From contig NC_058368.1 in assembly GCF_018350175.1 (NCBI RefSeq), positions 203,672,001 to 203,736,000 of the forward strand: a stretch of DNA of 64,000 bases, read 5' to 3'. Each line of letters begins with the position of its first letter. Positions within the stretch are counted from its first letter, which is position 1. This document shows, piece after piece, positions 1-13,874 of the stretch. The notes under the pieces are model-generated. The model worked only from the letters and a program-made list of their open reading frames with translations, did no database searches and had not been told where the DNA came from. Made by a program: the position numbers and the translations under genes. This DNA comes from Felis catus. Its lineage: Eukaryota.

Positions 1-2289
1 TTCTTTCAAACAATTAGATTAAATGAGAATTAATCGACTTCCATCAGTTGTAACAAAGTTAAAACAGAGCTTGTTTACAGCCACTGATTCATGTTTCTAT
101 TCTGATCCTGGTGTTTATGCCTCACAGCCCACACTGGTATTGTGCTCATTCCTTCTTGTATTGTGGCTTCAGCACTTCCAGAGTGGTTTTAGTCACTCCT
201 AGTCCAGATTTTAGGTTCATGTACTCAGAGATAATTACCCTCGGTTGCAAGGAGGATGCACACATGACAGAAGATGGAATTAGACAATTATGGTTTGAGA
301 GCTGCCGTTCCAAACAGAAAAGTTGAAATATATATGTTTGTAAATAACTGTGGCCTGGTGTAGATTACAGGTTTTGCTTTTTTCTCAATAAAAATTGTTT
401 TCTTTAAGTTTCACTTTCTGAGTTGCTGTAGTATCAACTCTGTCTGATGGAAAGAAGACATTTGGGTCCATGTTGCTAACACACACAGTCGGATCCATGA
501 CTGAGTACTGACGAAAGAGACTACAGCAATCTGAATACATCGTATTATGACTCCTCTTATCAGCCTTTAGGCTATTATAAATTTGGACAGGAGAAAGATT
601 GAGTCTTTTACAACATGTATTTCCAGTGCCAGCAGAGTTTCCTGGCACGTAGGTGGTTTTCAAAACACCTGAGATGAATTAATTAATACAAGGCTCTATT
701 AAGACCAACTGATGCCCTCAGCAGTCAACAATGGTGCCCCCTCAGCCATGGCTGAGAAAATGAAGTGCTGAGGATCATATACACAAATCAGCTGGTAAGT
801 TAAATGCTAACCAGACTCAGCAGCTATGTTTCCATTGGATAGAAGTGAAACTCTCACGCCAGAAGATAGAAACAAATGCGGTATCTGATAACAGCTTGAA
901 CCCCAAATTTTAGTCACTCACTAGGACAAAGAAAATGTTTAGTAATAACAGACGAAAGCAAAATATGGCAAATAAAGTTAACAAAAAAATGAACTAAACT
1001 GAAGAGAAGCAGGGAAAGAGTTCAAGGCAAAGTAGGTGAGGTGGTGAGAGACTCTAGTGTCCCCCTTCCCTTGGTACATCTGCCGATATTGCTTAATGAT
1101 TAATCAAGGGCTGAATGGATGGCAGAAAATGCAGAGCTAATATTACAGAAAGTCTCTCTTAACAGTCTCCCATCTGGTTTTCCTAAAATACTTGAAGCCT
1201 CAGACCACAGTTCTATTCCATGATTCTTCCTTCTTCATACACCTCTCCCCCTTTCCCCAATCCTACGACATCATGCTTGACTTGGGGTTTTCCTCTTGTA
1301 GCACCCTGCTCTCACTGCCTAAGCTTTCACCTCTCAGAACTGGTCTTCTGTAGCCACCTAGTCGACCATTTTTGTTACGTAATGTGCACAACACTGTGGA
1401 AAGCATGAGAAGCCTAGACTATAAAGGAAAGAAAAAACAACAGCAATTTCCTCATTCTGAAAATAGTTACTATCTAGCTTGATGGCCAATGCACAGCTGT
1501 ATGAAAATATTCTGGGTCTCAATCTCATCGTTATTTCAACAGCAAAAAGTAGGTTTTTTTAATTCTACTATTCTTTTACCAGGAGACTTACCAGAAAGTA
1601 ACAAATCACCAAGTACAAATTGATACAGTATTTGCAAATTGACTCAGTATATTTGGAGATTTACTAAGTCAGACAAAGTTATGCAAAAGTCAGAGTTAAA
1701 TGGGTTAGACTTCTGAGAAGAGGGTACAGTTTGAATGATATTGGATAACTAAGATCTCAGGAAAGGGAAACCCTCAAGAAGTTTCTCATTCTACACCCTA
1801 TTATCCAGCTTTATCAAATCTTAACATTATTTCTTACTTTTCTCAAATCCTTTATTTTTAAGCAATAATGGTAAAACAACAGTGATTCCTGTGATCTTGA
1901 TCATATTCAAAGATCAAGAATGGACAAATTAATTAATTAATGGACAAATATGCATACTGTGGAATATTCTATAATAGTTACAAAAAATAAGTATCAATAC
2001 GGATAAAATTTTAAAACGATGAATGAACTATTAGGTTGATTTCAGTTGTTCGCCAATACAAGCATTGTTGCAATAAACATTCCTGTCTACATCTCCTTAT
2101 ACATAAGTGCAAGAGTTTCTCAAGAGCACCTAAGAAGTGAAACGTGTGGGTTTCAAAGGATATGCACATTTTCAATATCAATGGATATTGTCAAAATCTC
2201 TCCAAATGGTTTTCTACCAATTAGTAGCATATGACAGTTCCCATTGCTCCCATCGTCACTGATATCTGGTTAAAAAAATTTTAATTTTT

Positions 2290-2486
2290 GGGGTGCCCGG
2301 GTGGCTCAGTCTAGGTTAAGCATTTGACTTCAGCCCAAGTCATGATCTCGCAGTTTGAGGATTTGAGCCCCATGTCAGGCTCTATGCTGACAGCTCAGAG
2401 CCTGGAGTCTGCTTCAGATTCTGTGTCTTCCTCTCTCTCTGCCTCTCTCCTGCTCACGCTCTATCTCAAAAATAAACACTTTTTTA
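2290..2486 (+). mobile_element. Can-SINE
   Basis: tRNA-derived head gggtgcccgggtggctcag, CT tract, aaaaataaac tail. Confidence 0.9.
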
Positions 2487-2744
2487 AAATTTTAATTGTT
2501 GAGGACATAATAGTTTTAGAATGGTATCTCTTTTGTTTTTATGGATACTCTATTTGTGAAGTAGCACATTAGTTCTTTAAGTTTACTGCTTCTTCTTCTC
2601 CTATGAATTGCCTATTATATCTTTTGCATATTTTTTCAGTTGATTTGTTATTTTTGTGTTGATTTGTAGGAATTATTGACATATCCTAGGTAATAAAATC
2701 TTGTTGGCTATATGCATTTCAAATAATTCAGAAAAAAAAAAAAT

Positions 2745-2957
2745 GGGGCGCCTGGGTGGCGCAGTCGGTTAAGCGTCCGACTTCAGCCAGGTCATGATCT
2801 CGCGGTCCGGGAGTTCGAGCCCCGCGTCAGGCTCTGGGCTGATGGCTCGGAGCCTGGAGCCTGTTTCCGATTCTGTGTCTCCCTCTCTCTCTGCCCCTCC
2901 CCCGTTCATGCTCTGTCTCTCTCTGTCCCAAAAATAAATAAATGTTAAAAAAAAAAT
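2745..2957 (+). mobile_element. Young felid Can-SINE
   Basis: CpG-rich near-consensus copy; flanking aattcagaaaaa repeats. Confidence 0.95.
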
Positions 2958-4448
2958 TCAGAAAAATAATACCTTCATGAGGTTTGTGAGGTTTTTTTTC
3001 GGATTTGCCTACTTGGATACAGTCAAATTTGGCATTTTGCATAATGATTTTGGAGCCTTATGCATTCTCTAAAATACCCTCCCCTATATTTGCTTCTAAA
3101 AACTTTTAGGAAAAAAAAAAGACCTATATCTTCCTTTGTATGATGTGACATAGGAATCTAATTTTTTTTGCCTATATGAACAACTTTGACAACACTATTT
3201 ATTGTCACCGCTTTATAAGTCTGTCCCTAATCTATTCCAAAAAGTAATCTTTCCAGAACATTCCAGAATGTATCATATTCTATAGATGTCTGTCTCTCTT
3301 TTAAGCCATTTCAGGACAAAAGTAGCTACAGAAAATTTAATGGGTTACTGGGGGGGGGGGGTGTATGTGTGTGTATTCCAGAAGCACTGAACTACTGGAA
3401 ATCTTGTTTTTAAAATACTCATTATGACATAGTACTGGCTGGAAAGCAGACGAAGAAATGAATGTTAATGATGCTATTAATGACCCTCACGTATAACTCA
3501 CCTACAGAGGTCATCCTCAGTCATATCCTAAAGCCCAGGACCACTCTGGCATAACCAGAGTCTCAAACTCATGCCATGGTTAGACCTCAGGCTTCTAGAG
3601 AGTCTCCGAAATGTACCTCCAGGGCCTCACCTTCAGCCTGAATTTATCTATAGCCCACAACCTGAGTCCATGATAGTCTCTAGATCAGAACTTCTCTGGG
3701 AGCAAAATAGGGAGGGACATTTTTAAGTTGTTTCTAACACACTGTCGTCTTCAGAGTAACATGTCCACCAGCAGTGCACTGCCCACAGAATGGCAACTCA
3801 CTGTTTTGTTTCCCTAAGGGAAGGTGACCATGTGCTGAGTGAAACACTCTCTTCTGGGAGACCCAGGCCATCTATCAGAGAAAGAGAAATGATCCCTTCA
3901 AGCTACTCAACAAACCACCTCCAGCAAGCATCTCTGAGGAAGCCAGTGGACAGGGTCCATATGGACATTACTGAATTATCGCAGATAATAAAGGAGGGAC
4001 TGTTAATATAATCAGAGGGGGCCTGCAGCTGTTCAAAAACAATTCTGAGCCCAGGTAGTAAAGAGACACATATGAAAGCAGTAATTTCTGAGGCGTTTTT
4101 TTTTTCTTTTTAACACTCCCATAATTTAAAAAGAATTTAATGGATTTTCATTTTCAAGACCTGGAAAAACAAAAGTCCTCCTAAGCTGAGAGCAAATGCT
4201 TCCAGTCCTTGCCTGAAGCCATTCTTTTTATTGGGGGAGTTACAGCCCCTTGAGAAGAAGGGGTTTATAATGGAAAAAATGAGACAGCATCAATCATAAT
4301 GAAGCTCAGAATATAAATAATAAAAACCCCGTTAATGCCTGACACTTTATGTTTCTAAAGAAAACCCCTACCTTTCATCTAAAATAAGACAGTTGCTGAG
4401 GAAGTAGATAAAAGCAAGCATATATTTAACACAATTCTTTTACTCGAC

Positions 4449-4707
4449 CTTTATTATTCTTCAGGGAAAATGGTCCCTTGGTGTATGTTAGATTTCCCTT
4501 AATTTCAGTCTCTCATCTAATGCAACAGAAACCCTTTCAACAAAGTCTCCACTCAGGAGAGGATCATGCTTTGCAGTTGAACCCTGCAGTGTCTTAACGT
4601 GGGAGGACAACAGAAATCCCATGGCCCAGTTCTTCCTGCAGTATAGGTTTTGTGTGTAGAATTCCTCCATGAGGGTGTGTGTGATTTCTTGGAGCCATAG
4701 TACTTTC
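4449..4707 (-). pseudogene. Exon-like segment of the candidate RGS-like pseudogene
   Basis: Strong acceptor tttttctgtatactttttag; reads KVLWLQEITHTLMEEFYTQ... then an in-frame stop; possible donor AAAG|gtcgag. Confidence 0.3.
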
Positions 4708-6164
4708 CTAAAAAGTATACAGAAAAATGAACTCAATGCACAGCCTTGTGGAGTTGGGTACCACACACATGGCAGTATATGGGATACTGACGCTGTCCTC
4801 AAAGAACTATTCTAGGAAGCAGAGTCACATATTAAACTTAATTTAAGTGGGCAATTTTTACACACTTTAGGTGCCCTCTCCACTAGGCTTAACTCTTCGC
4901 ATGCATTATGTCCTATAACCTGCACACCAATTCCAGTGAGGTAGGGACTAACATTATTACCACTTTTTGAGATGCTGAAACAGTCTTTCAGGGATTAACG
5001 AACCTCCACACAGGCACTGGGCAGGAACAGCAACCGAGGGGTGAGGCTGCTTCCCTGCCGTGGCAGGCACGAGTTTATACACGTGCCCAGGTCCACAGAC
5101 TGGAACAGTATCCTGGTGGAAACAGACCCCTGTTTTTTCATTTAAATGTGATCATCCCAACAGGTACAGTCCGTTCTGAAACTTTCACTCCCTCCCAATA
5201 AAATGTAGCAAGTAATATGAAGACTGCAGCGTCCTGCAGTACGGCCATTAAGACTCATGCCCGGGCCCCTCTCGAAGAGAGTTTCCATAGGACCTATTCA
5301 GTACTAGTTTTCCTTAGCAAGGTCCAAGACAAGGTGACATCGTTCTAACTTTTATGCAAATAAATTCATGTTAATAAGATGATTTACTCCTCTGTGAAAG
5401 TCAATTGTTAATGGTATGTACTTCATGGAGTTGTTATGAGAATTATAAATTAAAATATGTAGTCAACACCAGGGGGGCACGTGGTAATCACTCAATACTT
5501 TAGTTTTAATTGATATACTGTCACAAATATGTGCATGAGAATACACAGATAAGGGGGGGTGTAAATCTGTAGTATCAGTTATCTTGGAGGGAAGGAGTCG
5601 GAGTAGAGATAGAAGAAAGAGAAGACTTGCTGTTTTATATATTTAGTCACAATGAGAATATCGTTGAATTACTTGTGCAATAAGTTTAAGACTGCTAAAT
5701 AACCTCATTACAAAAAAGACCTTCCCAATTATATTTAAAATTTTTATTTTAATTTTTATGTTTTCACATTCAGAATTTTTAATTGATACTTGCCTGGTAC
5801 CCAGTCACTGTTCAAAACTCAGCAATGTATTAAACACCTTGCCCACCTTCAAGGAGTCTAAAATCTAAGAAAAATAAGATAGGTACAAAAGGTAACTACA
5901 TGCAGGTTAAAATGTGGTATATTTCCTGCAACAATTTATAAACACAGCAACACCAGGTTTAGAGTATGTAGGACTGCATTCTACTTAAAAAAAAAAAAAA
6001 AAAAAAAAGAGGACCAAAAGACTAACTCGGTTTATGCAAAAAGTGTATTGTGGTAAAATAGTATTATGGTAAAGAGACACCCGGGGTGTGAAAGAGCATG
6101 AGAAAGACTAGAAATTCACTTCATGAGTGATAGGATGGGTTGCTACCACCTTATTATCAATAAT

Positions 6165-6395
6165 ACACAGATTGAGTGATTACTATGTGCCCCAAATGGT
6201 GTTGATCACTTCACATATTTTAATTTACAATTCTCATAACAACTCTATGAAGTACATACTATTAACAATTTACTTTCACAGATGAGTAAATTGAGGCACT
6301 GAGAAGTTAGGAGACTTGCACATGATCTCTCAGGTAGCAAGTGAAGGAAACAGGATTCAAGCCTATGCAGTTTGTTAGCGGAGCTCAAATTCTCA
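6165..6395 (-). mobile_element. MIR
   Basis: Core ttcacagatgagtaaattgaggcactgagaagttaggagacttgc. Confidence 0.7.
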
Positions 6396-6469
6396 ATCAC
6401 AAGCAGACTATTTTTAACTATTCCATAATCCTACATCTTTGGAAAACATTATAATGGAATAGGCTTTTA

Positions 6470-7900
6470 AAAATCTTTTAATAAGAAAGTATTTAAACAT
6501 ATAACAAGAATAGAGAAAAGAGTATAACGAATCCCCATGTTTCCATCACCTAACTTCAAGAATTGTCAACCCACAGCCTATCGATCGTGGTCCAGCCCCA
6601 TCCTGCTTCACTCCCCCAACCCCGGACTATTACGAAGGAAACCTTCAACATCACATCATGCCATATATTCTATGTATATTGCACATATATCTTGAATATA
6701 AGTTTTGTTTTTAACAACCAAGATACCATTACACTGCTTTAAAAAATTAGCAATACTAAATACTAATACTAAAAAATCAGCAAATATCTAGTAGGTGTTC
6801 AAATTTCTCTTGGTTTCTTATAATTTTTTATATGTTGTTTAAATTTGGATCTTAGTAAGACCCATATAGTTCAACTGTTGGGTATGTCCTTCAAATCTCT
6901 CTCATCTACAAGTCTTTACTTCTTGTTCTTTTCCTTCCAGTGCATTTGTTTGAAGAAACCAACTTCTTGGTCCTATAATATCTTCCAGTGTGGATTTTGC
7001 TGCCTGCATTCCTGTGGTATTGTTTCATATTTTTCCCTGTCCTGGTTTTTTTTTTTTTTAATTTTTTTAACGTTTATTTATTATTGAGAGACAGAGCGTG
7101 AACAGGGGAGGGGCAGAGAGAGAGGGAGACACAGAATCAGAAGCAGGCTCCAGGTTCTGAGCTGTCAGCACAGAGCCCAACGTGGGGCTCAAACTCACAA
7201 ACCACAAGATCATGACCTGAGCCAAGTTGGACGCTTAACCAACTGAGCCACCCAGGCGCCCCTGCTGTCCTGTTTTTTTAATCAAGAATACTTCGCGTGT
7301 GTTGTTTTTGTTTTAATTTCTCTCAGGAAGCACTCTGTAGATTTAAGCATTATTATGTTTGGAATCACTATTCTTATGCTCAAAATCTTCCAACTTTGAC
7401 AGGGCACCTCTTCAAATTGTCTTTTTTTGATGTGGGCCCAGTAGTCTTTGATAACTTTCCTACTATTTGAGATGACATGTTCTAGGCTCATCTTGTACAT
7501 TTCCTGGAATCAGTCATTCATGCAAGGAATCCTGGTTTATTTTACTGAAAAAAAATGTTATTTAAAGACCACCTATGGATGCTAGTGGTGCTTAGAAGTT
7601 GGTCATTCTTTGTAGACATTTTTTGGGAACAGGGCTAGGTTTGGTGTTTGTTTTGAAGCTAAAATACATTTCAAGTTTACACTTGTACTTCAAATTCAAA
7701 TTGAGGACAATAGTTATTCATCTCTTTGATATTATATCTATTTCTCCTTTCTCACATGCTAAAAACCCTAGATTACATAAACATAAAACATCTTTGTTTT
7801 ATCCTACATCACATACACAACAATCTCAGAACAACACTACTGTGGTACATTGTTGTCATTTACAGCCCAATTCTTCACCATCTCTCATATCGATACACTT
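6470..7900 (-). mobile_element. Old L1M 3' fragments
   Basis: Degenerate L1 3'UTR motifs (aatccccatgtttccatcacc; ctaggctcatcttgtacatttcctggaatcag). Confidence 0.55.
7046..7262 (-). mobile_element. Can-SINE
   Basis: Reverse head ...gagccacccaggcgcccc; TSD-like ctgtcctg. Confidence 0.92.
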
Positions 7901-8039
7901 TGCTGGGTAAACTTGTAGTGTTTTTTTCAGTCTCACTCTGGGTCCATCCAATGACTTTCAATGGCCAACAGAATCTCAACAACCATAAAACAAAGAGAGG
8001 CTGGAAAAAATTCTTGCATGTTTCTGCTTTCTCTCATAC

Positions 8040-8355
8040 ACTTCTCTGATTGCTGTAAGAACATGCCTGGGCCAGACTGCTGGAGCTACCAGGAGCCAAA
8101 AGACTTGAAAAGCATGAGAATAGGGCCATACTGACCCTGTTGTCTGTCTCGGCCAAGTCATTTCAGATTAGTCAACAGTCAACTCCCAGATTGAGCCCAC
8201 CAAGATCAACAGAACCATCTAGCCAACCTAAAACTGATCACATACTCGTGAACCAGCCAGAACATATCAGGTGAACTCTGCAGACTTCTGAGCCAAATAA
8301 ATATTATTTTTGTTCTGCGTCTGTTTGTTACTAAATATTTTGTATTTAGGCACAG
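8040..8355 (+). mobile_element. MLT1-type LTR fragment
   Basis: aagaacatgcctgggccagactgctgg...gagcccaccaagatcaacagaacc...aaataaat. Confidence 0.55.
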
Positions 8356-8798
8356 CTTCTACAAACAACACAATGCTATTAGTGAGAAGAGCTTTTAAAA
8401 GAACTTTGCAAATCGTTTTGCAATAGAGTAACATTAGATATGTGCAGTCCAATTATGTGTTTTTAAGATATATGAAGCAGTCCCACTTTGTGAGATTGGG
8501 TGCCAACTGGATACAGAGTAAGTTCATTAATTTCATCGTACCTTTAATTGCCAAGGATTATTTTCATTTAATTTTTTCATAATAAAATATTTACATGATT
8601 CCAAGGCAATCCACAGAGCAATATGTATCCAGAGAATGTTGCTTATATCTCTTTCCCTTCCCTCAGCTCCACAATGTTTTCTCCCACTCCTATTCATAAC
8701 CATTATTTTAGGCTTGTTTTAACCTGGCATGTTTTTAAGATAGCAGATAAATCAATTCAGATATACACGTTATTCCCCATTCTAATGAAAACTAGTAG

Positions 8799-8985
8799 AG
8801 GTGCCTTGGTGGCTCAGTCAGTTAGGCTTCAGCTCATAAAGTTCGTGAGCTGAAACCCTGCATCGGGCTCTGTGCCGACAGCTCAGAGCCTGGAGCCTGC
8901 TTCAGATTCTGTGTCTCCCTCTCTCTCTGCCCTTTCCTCGCTCATGCTCTGTCTCTGTCTCTCAAAAACAAACGTTAATTTTTTT
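8799..8985 (+). mobile_element. Can-SINE (internally deleted)
   Basis: ggtggctcagtcagtta head, gagcctggagcctgcttcagattct body. Confidence 0.85.
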
Positions 8986-9045
8986 AATTGTGACATTAAT
9001 AATATCATTAAAATAGTAAAAATAGATAATAGTAAGCCTTACTTT

Positions 9046-9214
9046 CCCTTCTTCCCTTCTTCCCTCCTTCCCTTCCCTTCCCTTCCCTTCCCTTCCCTTC
9101 CCTTCCCTTCCCTTTCCTTCCTTTCCTTTCCTTTTCCTTCCTTCCTTCCTTCCTTCCTTCCTTCCTTCCTTCCTTCCTTCCTTCCTTCCTTCCTTCCTTC
9201 CTTCCTTCCTTTCT
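9046..9214. repeat. Compound (CCCTT)n/(CCTT)n microsatellite
   Basis: Directly visible. Confidence 0.95.
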
Positions 9215-9386
9215 TTGGAGAGACTTATGTCTTACCCAAAATGGGGCTTATGTTCACCTGAAGCAGGGCACAAGCTCACCTGGAGCAGGGCTCAGGCTCA
9301 TCTGACGTGAGACCCGAACTCACGAACTGTGAGATCATGACCTGAGCCAAAGTCAGATGCTTAACAACTGAGCCACCCAGGCGCCC
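9215..9386 (-). mobile_element. Can-SINE variant with ~22-bp tandem units after the B-box
   Basis: Reverse strand: standard head, then gtgagttcgggtctcacgtcag / atgagcctgagccctgctccag / gtgagcttgtgccctgcttcag / gtgaacataagccccattttgg. Confidence 0.8.
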
Positions 9387-9726
9387 ACAGAGAAAAGTTT
9401 CTGAGGATGAAAATCAATGTTGAAAATATTAGAACTTGGAAATAGACAACTATTTAGCTATTGCACACCACAACAAAAAGAGAGTTTCTCAGTCACATTT
9501 TACAGATTAAACTCATTGATTATTTTAAGGTCAACAACCCCTTTGTGATTGGCATTTTATCAAATTAAAATGTATTCTAGTTTACACATTCAGTTTTGTA
9601 TATACTCTGAACATCCGAGCATAAATAATATACATACCAAATGTTGACTTTAGAGCTTCATGTAGGCAGAAAAGTTTTTCTTCAAAAGTAGATATACAAC
9701 TGAGGAGGCATGTTTCCAAATCTTAC

Positions 9727-9790
9727 ATGAAACTATCTTAAGCTTCTGCCAAGAATTCCAGTAGAAATTTAGATATTTTTTGCAGCCTCT
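9727..9790 (-). pseudogene. Exon-like segment (RGCKKYLNFYWNSWQKLKIVS)
   Basis: Acceptor ctcttgttttaag, donor CAT|gtaaga; a 77-nt GT-AG intron separates it from 9868-9975. Confidence 0.4.
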
Positions 9791-9867
9791 CTTAAAACAA
9801 GAGATAGATGAATAAACATCTTGTATACTAAAGACTTGTTTTTGTAAAATATAATTCATGAACAAAC

Positions 9868-9975
9868 CTTGTGAATCATATATTCTACAAACTTTTTGCA
9901 CTCTTCAGCTTTCATGTTGGTCAAGTATAAAAATCAATCCCACTGAAGGTGGCCTCAGAAGAGCAATTTTATTCA
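9868..9975 (-). pseudogene. Frameshifted exon-like segment (...RPPSVGLIFILDQH / EECKKFVEYMIHK)
   Basis: Acceptor catttccattactccactccag, donor AAG|gtttgt; all three frames contain a stop. Confidence 0.35.
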
Positions 9976-10111
9976 CTGGAGTGGAGTAATGGAAATGTAA
10001 TACTACTGATTCACACCTTTTAACCCTTCAGAGCCAAGATGAGCACATCCATTTATCCTCCCCAACTTTTCTTACTGTTGCATAACTCCCTTATTCCTTA
10101 AACATGCTTAC

Positions 10112-10325
10112 CACACAAAACAATGATAGGATCTGAACTCTGTACCAGATGAAACAGAACAAATTATTTCCACATAGGTCTAGTTCAAACAAGCTCCCAT
10201 GGATGTACCCTACTTTATGTTCATCAATCTCACTTTCAGCTCTAGAATTCAAGAAGGTCAGAGTTCCAGTTCCTGCAAAAGCACCTGGCCTTTTATGGAG
10301 CAAAAGCTGTTCTTCCTTGGTATGC
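10112..10325 (-). pseudogene. Open 214-nt exon-like segment (HTKEEQLLLHKR...CGNNLFCFIWYRVQILSLFCV)
   Basis: Acceptor tattattttaag, donor GTG|gtaagc, no stop in one frame (ORF track 10091..10402). Confidence 0.4.
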
Positions 10326-10584
10326 CTTAAAATAATACTCTTGCCTAAGAGCCTAGGAAGACATTGTATGTTTGAGGGTGTAATACATACACATATACAC
10401 ATATGTGAACATGTTTATACATATGTATATATATGAAGAACAAGATACATAAATATTATATTTTTGCATTTAGGTCTCACACCACTCACGTAAGAACTTT
10501 AGAGCAAAAAATATTTGTAATTCAACTTCCCCAAAGGAGGTATAAGATTACTCATGATGAGAACTCATTCAAAATACTTTTCTA

Positions 10585-10790
10585 AAAATTTTTAATGTTT
10601 ACTTATTTATTTTGATGGAGAGGGAAAAAGCACAGGGGAGGGGCAGAAAGAAGGAGAGAGAGAATCCCAAGGTGGCTCTGTGCTGTCAGCACAGAGCCCA
10701 ATGGGGGGCTTGATCTCATGAATGAGAGATCATGACCTGAGCTGAAATGAAGAGGCAGACACTCAACCAACTGAACCACTCAGAGGCCCC
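10585..10790 (-). mobile_element. Can-SINE
   Basis: Reverse SINE with TSD ttcaaaatactttt. Confidence 0.9.
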
Positions 10791-13479
10791 TCGTTCAAAA
10801 TACTTTTAAATGTCAAAATAATGAATCTTTCACTACTTTCATCTGGACTGCTTTCCAGGGTGTTTAGTGAACTGGATGTTTCCAATAAGAAATTTTCTCT
10901 ACATACTAAGTCTGAATATAGTGTTTTTCTCATTTCCCCTCCCCTAACTGCTTAGATATATGCCTATCACGTTCTTGGTCTTCCATGGACAATCATACTC
11001 TAGCCAACAGTTGTTCTGTGTCTCACTCAATTAGACTTAGCTACTAAAGAAACCCATGGCCAAATTCTACTACAGATAGCTCCTTCTCACGCTGAAGTCA
11101 AAAGAGTTCTGCGCAGGCAACAGGGAAAAGCACAGGGACAGGAAGGCCTTTCATCTCTCTTTAGAAGATAATAGCTCCAGGCCTCTTGTTGCTTAGCTCC
11201 TCTCCTCTGAAATTCCTGGATTGTTTTCCACTTAAAGGCCAAGCTACTGCTCCCTTAGCTAATGTCAAATGCAAGAACACCATAGCCGCCAAAAAACAAA
11301 CCAGAGAATCGTAAACTAGCCAACACTGAATTCTCAACAGTATCCATTAGCTTGCTGATTCACATGTTGCTTATTCCCACTTTAAAATACAAAAAGTTAT
11401 GCAATAGGAAACCACAGCACATTTAACCTGAAGCTTTGAAATGTGCACCGATGACAGCAATACATGAAGTCAACACAGGAAATATAAGTTTAGAGCTACA
11501 GCAAGCTTGGAGAGTTTCTGGAACCACAGATCTTACTTTGATGTTCATTGCTATTTCAATCAGCAGAAGCAGCAGTTGTGGAGGACAGAAAGCAATCGAA
11601 CAACTTAGACTAGCATTTCTCTGGAGGACTTTTCTTTCCTTTGAGGAATTCTTTTCAATTTATTAAGTTATCTATCTCCTTTTTAGCAAAGTGTTTTAGA
11701 ATGTAAGAATTTACTAAAATGACAAGTAACCTACTGGGAATTAAACCAAAATGCAAACTTAGCTGTTGTCTTTAAAACCACATGTCTTTATATCCCTTGA
11801 CTGTTAACTTTTATCCCAAAGAGAAGAGGTCTTAACTTTCACTAGGTAATAACTGGACTATTTTGAGTTATATTTCTCCCTACCCTGACAACTAAATTGA
11901 CCTGTTAGAAGTATATATAATTTACCATATAAAAGTGCTCCAAAAGCATTAAATTTTATATAAAAATCACAAGAGTGTGTATTTAAAATAGTATGGAATA
12001 AAAAATAGATAAAACGATTTTAAGAAACCCAAATGTAAAATTATGATGCTATAATTCTATTCAGAAACATTTACTCCAAAGCCTTAACCCAACTGTCTAC
12101 CTCAGATGTATCATGGCCATCCACACAGTGACTTTCTTTGGAATTAAACTTTGGAATTACTTGTTTACACAAGAAAACTCATCTCAGATGTAGCATCTGT
12201 TTCTCACTAAGGCTTAGCTTTCACCTAATTCTCCAAATGGGTTGACTGAGGTTCAAGAATGTGAGGTGACTCACTCAAGATCATACAGTGAATCCAGGGC
12301 AAGCAGCCGCTGTCCCTTGAGTAGCAGATGTATATCTTGGTACAAAACACAACTGATACTGTCCTCAGGCCTGTGACACATACTGACATCCACTTGAAAA
12401 CCCTAGTTCATTCAATACATCACCTGACGTCTTTATATTTTTAAGTGTATCAGAAGGAAAGGCAAAGCACCATAGAATTTGAATACATTCAGCAGGTCTT
12501 CTTTATTAAATTATATGTCTTGAGTCCAGAAGCAGCCTAACCTAAAATATTTAAGTATTAGACCCATAGGTAATATTATATACCTTGTATAATGCAGCAA
12601 GAATGTAGTAAAAGGAAAGGAATATATGTGGAGTGTATTAAAAGGAAAAAAATCAGCACAAATCTGTTCACATAGCCCTATGTACTTCTTTCATATGAAA
12701 TATTTTACTATCTTTATATACTGTAAATGACTACTTATACATACTGACTCTTGCTTCGATAATTCGTTGTTTTACATCACGTATTGCAAGGAAGCCAGAT
12801 AATACTTAAGTTTATAATAAACCCAAATGATTATATCTCAAGGAAATTAGCAGTGCCATAACAGAAGTACAAATCTACACATCCTCAGCCAAAATAAAAT
12901 GAATGCTCTTACAAATCGCCACTGTGTGAACTTCTACATTTTCCTATTGATAAGCCTGTACATTTCAACATGTTTTCATTTTTCTACAAAGTTCTAAGTT
13001 CAGATGTTTCTATGTGGGTAATTACCTACGACTGACTCAGTGATTCCTAAGTCTGGCGCTGCAACTAAAATGTTCTCTTCTATCACTTCCAGTGGGTATC
13101 ACTCCCACCGAGGAGTTGCTGAAATTACCTTCTACTTCATTTTAAATAAAAAATAAATTGGTTATGTCAGATGTTAACATTAGGGAAGCATAATCTAGGG
13201 TGAGGTATATACAAAATATCTTTGGACTCCATCTTTGCAATGTTTCTATAAAACATAAAATTTTCCCTAAAAAAAGTTTAATTTAAAAACAAGTATGAGC
13301 TATTTCATTGTAAAGGGGATGAAGCGCTGGTAAACATTAAAATAAATAATCAGGTTCTGAAGGCAGAAAAAAGGGAATTCTTTGGAGTAACTTTATGTTT
13401 TTTCATTAGTTTGATTACCCCTTAACTATTTGTCTTCCTCTCCTTTTAGTTCTCTGAAATGTTGTTAATTAAAACAGTC

Positions 13480-13837
13480 AAGGAGCGCTTGGGTGGCTCT
13501 GTTGATTAAGTGTCCAACTCTGAGTTTCGGCTCAGGTCACATATGTTAGGCTCTTTGCTGTGGGCACGGAGCCTGCTTGGGATCTCTCTCTCCTCTCTCT
13601 CTGCCTCTCCCCCCACTTGTGCATGCTCTCTCTCCCTCTCAAAATAAATAAAGGTTAAAAAAAAAAAGAAACTGGAGTGCCTGGGTGGCTCAGTCAGTTA
13701 AGCATCCGACTTCGGCTCAGGTCATGATCTCGCGGTCTGTGAGTTCAAGCCCCGTGTCGAGCTCTGTGCTGACAGCTGAGTCTGGAGCCTGCTTCGGATT
13801 CTGTGTCTCCCTCTTTCTCTGCCCCTCCCCGCTCATG

Positions 13838-13874
<37 letters not shown>

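Noticed and set aside
3420..4030. Possible ancient LTR-like segment
   Set aside because: I could not recognise termini or family from the sequence alone.
8872..9261. 129-aa ORF with PSFL repeats (also ORFs at 21835-22186)
   Set aside because: These are stop-free microsatellite translations.
9215..9330. CRISPR-like periodic repeats
   Set aside because: They are spacer-less 22-bp units inside a SINE, in eukaryotic DNA with no cas genes.
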